Below are positions 1 through 8,237 of a stretch of DNA of 64,000 nt, piece after piece (the first letter of the stretch is position 1; each line of letters starts with the position of its first letter). The translations under genes were made by a program, and so were the position numbers. Source of the DNA: Pseudomonadota bacterium (GTDB lineage: Bacteria; Pseudomonadota; Alphaproteobacteria; RF32; CAG-239); NCBI GenBank assembly GCA_918234285.1, contig CAKJXZ020000010.1, positions 32,001-96,000 of the forward strand. The letters run 5' to 3'. The notes beneath the pieces are model-generated. The model had not been told where the DNA came from and searched no databases. It was given only the letters and a program-made list of their open reading frames with translations.

Positions 1-1
1 A

Positions 2-277
2 ATGTTGATTTGCCTGCGTCATAGTGAGGGTAAGGAGATTGTTTTGCAACAAACCGCCATTTTTTGCAATAAAAGAATCAAAGATAAAGTTAAATATGCT
101 CAGGAATTTAATGCCGGAGAACGTTTCGGTTTTATGCGGTTCGGCGGATATACCGATATTTTTCTGCCGGAAAAAACCGAACCTCAAGTTTGCGTGGGGC
201 AAACCATGATTGCCGGAGAAACAATTATGGCGGACATTAAGTCAGACGCACCTCGTATTGAAGGAGAAATAAGATAA
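2..277 (+). CDS. psd: Phosphatidylserine decarboxylase family protein, C-terminal part (5' end outside window); catalytic Ser position is Gly
   Basis: GERFGFMRFGGYTDIFLP...VCVGQTMIAGETIMA matches the alphaproteobacterial Psd C-terminus (GERFGLIRFGSRxDVYLP...VxxGQxxxAGETVLA). Translationally coupled to pssA (TAATG). Confidence 0.85.
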   Translation: MLICLRHSEGKEIVLQQTAIFCNKRIKDKVKYAQEFNAGERFGFMRFGGYTDIFLPEKTEPQVCVGQTMIAGETIMADIKSDAPRIEGEIR

Positions 278-1101
278 TGATAAAAAAAATAAAAACAGGA
301 ACAAAATCTGTTTTGCAGACAAAGACCGAAATAAAGAAAAAAGCTATCGGTAAGTTAAAAGAAGTGCCGTTTAGAAAAATGGCACCGAATATTGTTACAC
401 TGATGGCTTTGTGCGCCGGTATTACTACCATTCGGTTCGCTATTATGGGAAAATGGACTTATGCTATTTTATGTATTTTCTTTGCCTGTATTTTTGACGG
501 ATTGGACGGCCGCGTTGCCCGCAAATTAAAAGCATCATCAAAGTTCGGAGCAGAGCTTGATTCCTTATCTGATTTTGTGAGTTTCGGTGTGGCACCGGCT
601 ATTTTGATGTATCAATGGTCGCTCCATGCCTTACCGCATTGGGGTTGGATTCTTACTCTGGTTTTTTCGGCAGCGATGTCTATGCGTTTGGCTCGGTTCA
701 ACACAATGCTCGAAAACACATCAATTCCGGAATATTGGTCACACTATTTTGTAGGTGTGCCAGCACCGATGGCAGCAGCAATCGGAGTTATGCCGCTTCT
801 GATTTGGTTTGATAACAAAGAGTTGGAATTTATTTTGCGTAATCCGTATTTTTGCGGTTTTATAATGTTTTTGGTGGCCTTTTTGATGGTCAGCCGAATT
901 CCGACGCTTTCTTTGAAAAAAACCAAAATCAGCAGCGATTGGTTTGTACCGTTAATGGTTTTGTTTGCGTTGTTTGTAAGTTGCTTAATAACAAAACCTT
1001 GGTTGACACTGGGCGTTTTCACCTTGTGTTATGTTTTGACCATACCGCTGACGGTTATGCGCTTTATAAAAGAAAAAAGAGTAGCGGAAAAAGCCGAATA
1101 A
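277..1101 (+). CDS. pssA: CDP-diacylglycerol--serine O-phosphatidyltransferase
   Basis: CDP-alcohol phosphatidyltransferase motif DGLDGRVAR...FGAELDSLSDFVSFGVAPA, plus RLARFN and FVGVPAP; follows psd. Confidence 0.95.
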   Translation: MIKKIKTGTKSVLQTKTEIKKKAIGKLKEVPFRKMAPNIVTLMALCAGITTIRFAIMGKWTYAILCIFFACIFDGLDGRVARKLKASSKFGAELDSLSDFVSFGVAPAILMYQWSLHALPHWGWILTLVFSAAMSMRLARFNTMLENTSIPEYWSHYFVGVPAPMAAAIGVMPLLIWFDNKELEFILRNPYFCGFIMFLVAFLMVSRIPTLSLKKTKISSDWFVPLMVLFALFVSCLITKPWLTLGVFTLCYVLTIPLTVMRFIKEKRVAEKAE

Positions 1102-1105
1102 AATT

Positions 1106-1137
1106 AAAAAAGTTCCCTTTTTCTGGGAACTTTTTTT
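1106..1137. terminator. Bidirectional intrinsic terminator
   Basis: AAAAAAGTTCCC-loop-GGGAACTTTTTTT between convergent genes. Confidence 0.8.
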
Positions 1138-1414
1138 ATATTAAACCTCCGGTATGAAGGCAATAATTTTGGCTCTTGAGGTTATAGTGTTTAAATACTT
1201 CGCAAGTGGCGCATAAACACCCGTTTGCTTCTAAAATACAGTCACTTTTTTCATATGCGCAGAACATTTTTTCATAATGCCCCGTATTATCAAAATTTTT
1301 CATCAGTTTGATGAAATTTTGCGGGGCATTTTTCATTTTACAATGATTAGTATACGACGGGCATTTCATGCATAGACACTTACTTAAATTTTCCAGATTT
1401 TTTTCAACTTTCAT
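1136..1414 (-). CDS. Cys-rich DUF2769-like protein
   Basis: ATG at 1414 with an upstream GAGGAG RBS; CLCMKCPSY...MFCAYEKSDC...GCLCATCEVF...YC pattern. Confidence 0.75.
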   Translation of the reverse strand: MKVEKNLENLSKCLCMKCPSYTNHCKMKNAPQNFIKLMKNFDNTGHYEKMFCAYEKSDCILEANGCLCATCEVFKHYNLKSQNYCLHTGGLI

Positions 1415-1521
1415 CTTTTTTTCTCCTCGGCAAATAGATATTATGCGCCGAGCTTTTTTCAAGTCGTAAAAAATCAAATATTGTATTTTTTTGTATTTGT
1501 ATGTTCCGCTTTTTTATTAGA

Positions 1522-1806
1522 TTATATGCGTTTAAATACACCGTTTTCCACCGGTGGAAGATATATTTTAAGTTCCGGAGTTTCTTCTATTTTATCAACA
1601 CGACCGAACAGCGGTCCCTTATATAAGTAGGTTTGCATTTTATTGATTTTTTCTTCTTCTCCCGACATTAAAACCAAAACGTCGCCATCAGGAAGATTGC
1701 AGGCATAACCGGAAATATCACCGATAGAACGAGCCAAACGAACGGCCCAAAAACGAAAACCGACACCTTGTACCCGACCACTGATTTTTAAGCACCGTTC
1801 ACTCAA
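1522..1806 (-). CDS. acyP: Acylphosphatase
   Basis: ISGRVQGVGFR and GYACNLPDGDV signatures. Confidence 0.93.
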   Translation of the reverse strand: MSERCLKISGRVQGVGFRFWAVRLARSIGDISGYACNLPDGDVLVLMSGEEEKINKMQTYLYKGPLFGRVDKIEETPELKIYLPPVENGVFKRI

Positions 1807-2291
1807 CTTTGCAAATACCTTTCTATTTCTTCCAAATCTTCTTTTACCAACCGGCGCAAATTCAATGCTGCCACATCCTCACCCCATTTTTGGTTTTGAT
1901 AAAACTCCTCCAAAAAAGAGGCATACAAAGCATCTGTAGCGCCGATTTTTTGCTTTACCAACAACAACCCCAGCAACACGGATTTCATTTTTGATGCAGC
2001 CAAAAAACAAGCCGTAAGTTCTTTATCTGACATATTATTCAGATGACGCGCAAATTCTTGCTTTAAATCGGCATCTTCTTTCAAATATAAGCCGGTTGTT
2101 GTTTTTACGTTCAATTTAAATACACTGTTCAGCTTATCTAAAAGCGGTTGCCAATGCTTTTTTTGAAAGGCTTGTAAATCAGGATTATCACTCCAAAAAA
2201 GTAACGTATCCGCCGACAAAAAACGGCAAAGATCATTAATAACCTCCGTTCTTTTCGGCGCTATACTTTTTTGATATTCGACGAGATTCAT
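1803..2291 (-). CDS. ATP12 family chaperone (short form)
   Basis: LQAFQKKHWQPLL, KSVLLGL and ASFLEEFYQNQKWGED motifs; usual neighbour of rluC in Alphaproteobacteria. Confidence 0.8.
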   Translation of the reverse strand: MNLVEYQKSIAPKRTEVINDLCRFLSADTLLFWSDNPDLQAFQKKHWQPLLDKLNSVFKLNVKTTTGLYLKEDADLKQEFARHLNNMSDKELTACFLAASKMKSVLLGLLLVKQKIGATDALYASFLEEFYQNQKWGEDVAALNLRRLVKEDLEEIERYLQS

Positions 2292-4441
2292 TATTTGAAC
2301 AATCCTTTAAGTTGTTTACCGATTTCTTTGATTTGTTTGCCGGCATCTTTAATTGTTTCTTTGGTATTGGTATATCCTTTGGATACAGCTCCGGTTGCCG
2401 ACTTGTCTTCCGGAAAATAATCTGCATAAACCGTACCCGTTAACGCCGTATGACAAGGTGCGCTGTCTGCCGAAAGAACCATATCACCAACATTATATGC
2501 GCCGCCAGAAGCAAGAATACCTATAACGTTTTTGGCCGTAGATGTTTGATTTATGCCGAGTTTAGGATTTTTAATCGTACCGGTAATTTTAACCAGTCCA
2601 CCCAATACGTTGGAAATATTAACATCGGTAATTTTACCGGAAAATGGTTGTAAATTCAAATTTATTTTATCGTTTTGCATATTGACTTTACCATCTGCAA
2701 CCAAATAAAAATCATTGGCATCGACCGCAATACCTTTCGGAAATTTCACCACACCGCCGGAAATATCGCCGCGCACAACAGCACATTTGAGTTTGGTGTT
2801 TTTGTTGTTGACATTGATATTAATCATATTCAGTAATTGCACCAAAACATTACCTTGCAGCTTTTCCAAACTCTTTATTTGTAAAACCGATTTATCAACC
2901 AAACCTATTATCTGTCCGTTCATATTGGCAAGATATTGGTCGGTATTGCTACCGGAAGTATTTATTTTTACCAAAATATTTGACTTTCCGCCTTCTTTAA
3001 TTAAAACTTCATTATTGGCAGTGCTCAACGGCTTATAAAACTGCTGCAATATGATATTTTTACCGGTAATATCGGCACTCATGGTTTGATTGGTACCGTT
3101 TAAACCGATATTACCGCTAATGGTTCCGCTGCCGGCGGTAATATTTTGAATAGCAACATTTAAAACACTCTTTTTAAGCGTAGCGTTCAACCTGACATCA
3201 TTGAGCGCCATATCATTGTTTAGTGTAAGTTTTTTCAAATTTGCGCTTATGTCGGCATTGGCCATTTTTAGGTATTGATAAGGTATGACCGTATTAGCCA
3301 TCAGTTCAGATGCTTGCGCCGAACCGATAAACCAATTTCCTAAATCGACTTTTTTATCTTCAGATTTTTTTACTTCATTTTTTTTTTGAAAATCCATTAA
3401 ATTAAAACCTTCACCTTTTATATTCAACTTTATATAAGGCAAGGCTTTAGGGGAGGTTATTTCCACATTTCCGGATATGGTGTTGTTTTTGAACACGGTG
3501 TTTTTGACATTAGCTTTAAATACACCGTTCTTGACCGAGGCGTCGCCTTTAACATTGGTCAAAACAATATCATTATCCACTACGATTTTTTTAACATCTA
3601 TATCGATATCGGCATTGACCATTTTCAGATAATCGTATGGAATTTGCGTATTCGGAATATAATCCGCCGCCGCAGCCGATTTAATAAACCATCCGCCGCC
3701 GAGAGCAGCCTGCTTTTGCCCCGTAAAGTCTTTAATGCTGATTTTTTCGCTGTCGGCATTTAATTTAATATAAGGTGTTTCATTTTCCAAACTTGCATTA
3801 ATATTGCCGGATATTTTGTTGCTTTTATAAGTTATTTCATACTTTCCGTCAGCTTTTATTTTTTCTTTAAGACCATCAATATTTCCGCTAAAATCAAGCA
3901 TATATCCCATAGCATTGATAACCGTATCAAGATCAATCGTATTAAAAGCGGAATCCTTTATTTTATTGATTGAAGATATCTTGCCGTTACCGGTAATATT
4001 TACATTTGCCACCGTGGTATCAAAATCAAAACTTATCGGCGTGTCGGAGCTTTCCATACCGGTATTCAGATGATTAATTAAAACACTGTCTTTTTCGCCG
4101 TAAAAAATTTCCGTATTGCCGGTTTCAACCCTGTCGACCACGATTTCTTTATGCAATAACGGCATAATGGAAATTTGCACCAACGCGTTTCCGATACGAG
4201 CCAGCTTTTTTTCTTCGCGATTTACGGTAACGTCGCTTAGTTCCAAACTCGGTTTTAAGGACACGCCTATATCAATATCTCCGGCTATTTTTACATCCAA
4301 ACCGGTATATTTATGGGCCATTTCCTCAATTTGCGGCTTGTATTTATTCAAATCGGCAAACTTCAAAAATCCGATAACTCCGCCGACTAAAATAATAGGA
4401 ATTAAAACAATAACACAAATTATCCATATAAATTTTTTCAT
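2291..4441 (-). CDS. AsmA family protein
   Basis: N-terminal TM helix then DLNKYKPQIE...TGLDVKIAGDI; beta-rich body; C-terminal LKCAV...GTIKNPKL. Confidence 0.85.
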   Translation of the reverse strand: MKKFIWIICVIVLIPIILVGGVIGFLKFADLNKYKPQIEEMAHKYTGLDVKIAGDIDIGVSLKPSLELSDVTVNREEKKLARIGNALVQISIMPLLHKEIVVDRVETGNTEIFYGEKDSVLINHLNTGMESSDTPISFDFDTTVANVNITGNGKISSINKIKDSAFNTIDLDTVINAMGYMLDFSGNIDGLKEKIKADGKYEITYKSNKISGNINASLENETPYIKLNADSEKISIKDFTGQKQAALGGGWFIKSAAAADYIPNTQIPYDYLKMVNADIDIDVKKIVVDNDIVLTNVKGDASVKNGVFKANVKNTVFKNNTISGNVEITSPKALPYIKLNIKGEGFNLMDFQKKNEVKKSEDKKVDLGNWFIGSAQASELMANTVIPYQYLKMANADISANLKKLTLNNDMALNDVRLNATLKKSVLNVAIQNITAGSGTISGNIGLNGTNQTMSADITGKNIILQQFYKPLSTANNEVLIKEGGKSNILVKINTSGSNTDQYLANMNGQIIGLVDKSVLQIKSLEKLQGNVLVQLLNMININVNNKNTKLKCAVVRGDISGGVVKFPKGIAVDANDFYLVADGKVNMQNDKINLNLQPFSGKITDVNISNVLGGLVKITGTIKNPKLGINQTSTAKNVIGILASGGAYNVGDMVLSADSAPCHTALTGTVYADYFPEDKSATGAVSKGYTNTKETIKDAGKQIKEIGKQLKGLFK

Positions 4442-5367
4442 TTTTTAATCTCCAATCCGAAAAATTTACAAGCTTCCGCAAAATGCTGCGGCAATGTTGC
4501 TTTAATAATGGTTTTCTTGCCGTAAACCGCCGTTAAATCTATTTCATAAGCGTGCAAATAGAGTTTATCGGCAACTTCTTTCAGGCGCAATCTTTCTTTC
4601 CCGAAATATTTGTCATCACCCAAAATCGGTGTGCCGATGCTTTCCAGATGCACCCTGATTTGATGGGTGCGGCCGGTCAGCGGTTTTGCTTCCACCAATG
4701 CGTACTTTTTACCGATATTATCCAACACCTTAATTTCCGTCAATGCTTTTTGACCGTCTTCAACAATCTGCATGCGTTCACCTATTTTTTCCAGTGCAAA
4801 ATTAATTACACCTTCGCGCGGTTCCGGACACCCTCTGACCAATGCCAAATAAGTTTTTTGCAGGCTGTGTTCACGAAAAGCTTTGGTTAAAATATCGGCA
4901 TATTGGCGATTACGCGCCAACAACAGCAATCCGCTGGTATCTTTATCAATGCGGTGCACCAGCTTCGGTCGCTCGTTATTTTCAAACATCAACGCATCAA
5001 GCAAACCGTCAATGTGCCGTGTGGTATTGGTTCCACCCTGCACGGCAAGTCCTGACGGTTTATTCAAAACAATGATGTTTTTATCCTTAAAAATAACCAT
5101 TGATTGGATGTATTCAATATCTTTGTCGCTCAATTTTTTATCATCAATCACTGCTTTTTCATTATCAAGCGGGGGCAACCGCAATTCCTGTCCGGCCGCC
5201 AGACGGGTAGAGGTTTCGGCTTTTTTACCGTCAACCTTTATTTGTTTGGTGCGCAATAGTTTTTGCAATCGACTCAAACTCAAAGAAGGATATTCGCGTA
5301 AAAACCAGCGATTTAAGCGGATTCCATCGTCTTCCGGCTTTATTTTTACAATACTGACACCGCCCAT
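4438..5367 (-). CDS. rluC: RluA/RluC family 23S rRNA pseudouridine synthase with S4 domain
   Basis: NKPSGLAVQGG, LVHRIDKDTSG, TGRTHQIRVH, PILGDDKY, LYLHA. Confidence 0.9.
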   Translation of the reverse strand: MGGVSIVKIKPEDDGIRLNRWFLREYPSLSLSRLQKLLRTKQIKVDGKKAETSTRLAAGQELRLPPLDNEKAVIDDKKLSDKDIEYIQSMVIFKDKNIIVLNKPSGLAVQGGTNTTRHIDGLLDALMFENNERPKLVHRIDKDTSGLLLLARNRQYADILTKAFREHSLQKTYLALVRGCPEPREGVINFALEKIGERMQIVEDGQKALTEIKVLDNIGKKYALVEAKPLTGRTHQIRVHLESIGTPILGDDKYFGKERLRLKEVADKLYLHAYEIDLTAVYGKKTIIKATLPQHFAEACKFFGLEIKK

Positions 5368-5368
5368 T

Positions 5369-5785
5369 TTAACGACCTCCTTTTTTCTTGGTATTTACAG
5401 CGCCGATTTTCAGCGGAATACTGCGTTTCAAACGTTTTCTTTCGGCTTTTTTATAAAACTTTTCCTGTTTTTTTTCATCAATTAACACCGGCTTTTCACT
5501 GGGAAATAAATCTTTTTCATCAATTAACACCGGCTTTTCACTGGGAAATAAATCTTTTTTATCATACATCCGCACCTTTACCGGCTGAATATCGGTTATA
5601 ACAAATCCTTCAAGTCGTTGTTTTTCGTGTTCGTTTAAGTGTTCACGTTGCTCTTTTGAGATATACACACGCCATTCCACCTGTTTTTCGGCCAACATTT
5701 TAAGACGGCGTTCTTCCGACATAGTTTTGAAAAAATCATACTCCAGAATTACCGCAAATATTTTATTATTATTCATTTCCGTCAT
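5369..5785 (-). CDS. Hypothetical protein with an internal 14-aa tandem repeat and basic C-terminus
   Basis: ORF fills the rarA-rluC gap co-directionally; no family recognised. Confidence 0.7.
   Translation of the reverse strand: MTEMNNNKIFAVILEYDFFKTMSEERRLKMLAEKQVEWRVYISKEQREHLNEHEKQRLEGFVITDIQPVKVRMYDKKDLFPSEKPVLIDEKDLFPSEKPVLIDEKKQEKFYKKAERKRLKRSIPLKIGAVNTKKKGGR
5471..5559. repeat. Perfect 42-bp tandem duplication (in frame, KDLFPSEKPVLIDE x2)
   Basis: TTTTTCATCAATTAACACCGGCTTTTCACTGGGAAATAAATC at 5471 and 5513. Confidence 0.95.
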
Positions 5786-7100
5786 CCGTATGTTTTTTCA
5801 TTTGTTTTTGTTTTTCGGCGCGCAGTTTATCAAAATATTCTATGCGTTTTTTAATTTCGCGCTCAAACCCGCGGTCTACCGGATAATAAAATTTGCGCCG
5901 TGCCATACCGTCCGGAAAATAATTTTGCCCCGAAAAACCATCATCCAAATCCTGATCATAAATATAGCCGTCGTGATATCCCAAATCTTTCATCAACTTG
6001 GTCGGGGCATTCAAAATATGTTTTGGCGGCATTAAAGAACCGGTTTGTTTTGCGGCATCATAAACTTTATACATAGCCTTATAAACACCGGCTGATTTCG
6101 GCGCGGTTGCCAAATATGCGGTAAGTTGCAAAATTGCCAAATCTCCCTCAGGCGAACCCAGGCGCTCATAAGTTTCAGAACAAGCTATGGCTTGTGTTAT
6201 TGCATTCGGATCTGCCAATGATACGTCTTCTATCGAAAAACGTAACAAACGCCGCAAAATATAGCGCGGATCTTCTCCCGCAACCAACATACGCCCCACC
6301 CAATAAAGCGCCGCATCAACATCGGAACCGCGCAAAGATTTATGTACTGCAGATATCAGATTATAATGTCCGTCGTTGCCTTTATCATAAATCGGTGCCC
6401 TCGAGCGAATTATGTTTATTATTTGGTCTTTTGTAAAAATTTCGCCTTTTTGTGCATACGACCATATATTTTCGGCAATATTCAAAATATATCGCCCATC
6501 ACCGTCGGCAATATTTTTTATGAATTCGCGTGCTTCGTCATCAATCGGTAATTTTTCGCCTTCTTCTTTTTCCGCCCGCTGTAATAATTCTTCAAAATTA
6601 TCCGGCGTTAAACGATTAAGTACAAATACCTGACAACGCGAAAGTAAAGCGGAATTAAGCTCAAACGACGGATTTTCGGTAGTAGCACCGACTAAAATTA
6701 CCGTTCCGTCCTCAACATATGGTAAAAACCCGTCCTGTTGCGATTTATTGAATCTGTGAATTTCATCAACAAACAACAACGTTCCTTTCCCTTGACCGTT
6801 GCGACGCTCTTTGGCATATTGAAAAACTCTTTTTAAATCGGCCACACCGGAAAAAACAGCGGAAATTTGTTCAAAATAAAGGTTTGTATATTCGGCAATC
6901 AATCGTGCAATTGTAGTTTTGCCGCAACCGGGAGGACCCCATAAAATAAACGAAGTTATTTTGCCGGATTTAAGCATTCTGCCGATAGGAGCATCATCCC
7001 CCGTCAGATGATTTTGACCGACAACCTCTTCCAGCTTACGCGGGCGTAATCTGTCAGCTAAAGGACGTTTAACATCTTCGGAAAAAAGCGTATCTTCCAT
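5769..7100 (-). CDS. rarA: Replication-associated recombination protein A (RarA/MgsA)
   Basis: PLADRLRP, Walker A GPPGCGKTT, DEIHRFNKSQQD, GATTENPSF, HKSLRGSD. Confidence 0.97.
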   Translation of the reverse strand: MEDTLFSEDVKRPLADRLRPRKLEEVVGQNHLTGDDAPIGRMLKSGKITSFILWGPPGCGKTTIARLIAEYTNLYFEQISAVFSGVADLKRVFQYAKERRNGQGKGTLLFVDEIHRFNKSQQDGFLPYVEDGTVILVGATTENPSFELNSALLSRCQVFVLNRLTPDNFEELLQRAEKEEGEKLPIDDEAREFIKNIADGDGRYILNIAENIWSYAQKGEIFTKDQIINIIRSRAPIYDKGNDGHYNLISAVHKSLRGSDVDAALYWVGRMLVAGEDPRYILRRLLRFSIEDVSLADPNAITQAIACSETYERLGSPEGDLAILQLTAYLATAPKSAGVYKAMYKVYDAAKQTGSLMPPKHILNAPTKLMKDLGYHDGYIYDQDLDDGFSGQNYFPDGMARRKFYYPVDRGFEREIKKRIEYFDKLRAEKQKQMKKHTDDGNE

Positions 7101-7102
7101 TG

Positions 7103-8173
7103 TTATCTTTCGTTTCCTTTATTAGTATTAACAATTATGGAGTTTTCTTTATTTTTATTTATGCGTTCTTCTTGCCGCTTTTCCAAAACTTCACGCTTAT
7201 ATTGCTCAATAGATTTTCTCAGTTCTTCGTTACTGTTTTCTTTTGGTTCTTTTATTTCTTTTTGTTCCCGTTTTTTATTATAATTTTCAATTATTTTTTC
7301 ATCAGAATCCGGTTTTTTGAATTTGTTTGCCAGTTCTTTTCCTTTTTTAACGATGGTAGAAACATTTACACTGGCTTTAGTGGCGTCAAAATCAAGGCTA
7401 CCGTTGCCGCCGCGGAAAAGTTGTTCCAAATCTATTCCGTTCATTTTACTTTTAGATTTTTTCTTTTTAGGTGCCATTAATTTTTTCATTTCTTCCATTG
7501 TCGGAACATGCCCGATTGCCTGTTCTATTTGCGCCGGAGAAATTATACATTCACTTAAATCGAGTTCATAAATATTTACACCGAAAAAATTACAGCCGGT
7601 AAAATCAACACCTCTTAAATTTACTTTACGAAGATCAATCCGTTTTAAATCAAGCATGGTTAAATTCAAGCGACTCAGATTTAATTTATGCGGATAATAT
7701 GTTGCTAAATATTCCACCAGTTCCTGCAATTCTTCTAAAGATAAGTTGTCTAAGTCGGCATCAAGTAAAATAGCATCTTGTAAATCGGCATTTTTAAGAG
7801 TTACGCCATGCATATGGGCGCCGGTAAAATTGGTTCCTATCAGTTTTGCGCCGATAAATATGGCACCGTCAAGCATAGCACCGCTTAAATCCGCCCCGCT
7901 TAAGTCCGCACCGGTAAAATTAACATCACGCAAATTAGCATTAGTTAAAATTATTTCCTGCATATTACTTCCGGAAAAATCGGCACCTTCGAGATTTTCG
8001 CCGCTGAAATTACCGCCTTGAAGAATTCTGCCGGTAAATATCAGGTTTTTATTAACTTCTTTTTCTTCAGTTTCTTCCGACAATTTAGCAATAGCACGCC
8101 ACGACTCACTTGTTTGTATCGAAGCAGGTATTTTATCTTTATTTTTTTGATGTTTATTGCCGTAATCAGTCAT
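7103..8173 (-). CDS. Pentapeptide repeat protein with charged C-terminal tail
   Basis: Runs of A(D/N)L(S/R)G and xxFxG pentapeptides; start chosen at ATG 8173. Confidence 0.85.
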   Translation of the reverse strand: MTDYGNKHQKNKDKIPASIQTSESWRAIAKLSEETEEKEVNKNLIFTGRILQGGNFSGENLEGADFSGSNMQEIILTNANLRDVNFTGADLSGADLSGAMLDGAIFIGAKLIGTNFTGAHMHGVTLKNADLQDAILLDADLDNLSLEELQELVEYLATYYPHKLNLSRLNLTMLDLKRIDLRKVNLRGVDFTGCNFFGVNIYELDLSECIISPAQIEQAIGHVPTMEEMKKLMAPKKKKSKSKMNGIDLEQLFRGGNGSLDFDATKASVNVSTIVKKGKELANKFKKPDSDEKIIENYNKKREQKEIKEPKENSNEELRKSIEQYKREVLEKRQEERINKNKENSIIVNTNKGNER

Positions 8174-8237
8174 TATCCGAATCTTTCTTTCAAACAACAA
8201 CTGTATTTTATATTATATTTTTTTAATTTACAATTAT

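Noticed and set aside
143-151. GGA reassigned to Ser as an explanation for the Psd motif
   Set aside because: GGA encodes conserved Gly elsewhere (for example trmL AGMDY), and no other sign of a variant code was seen.
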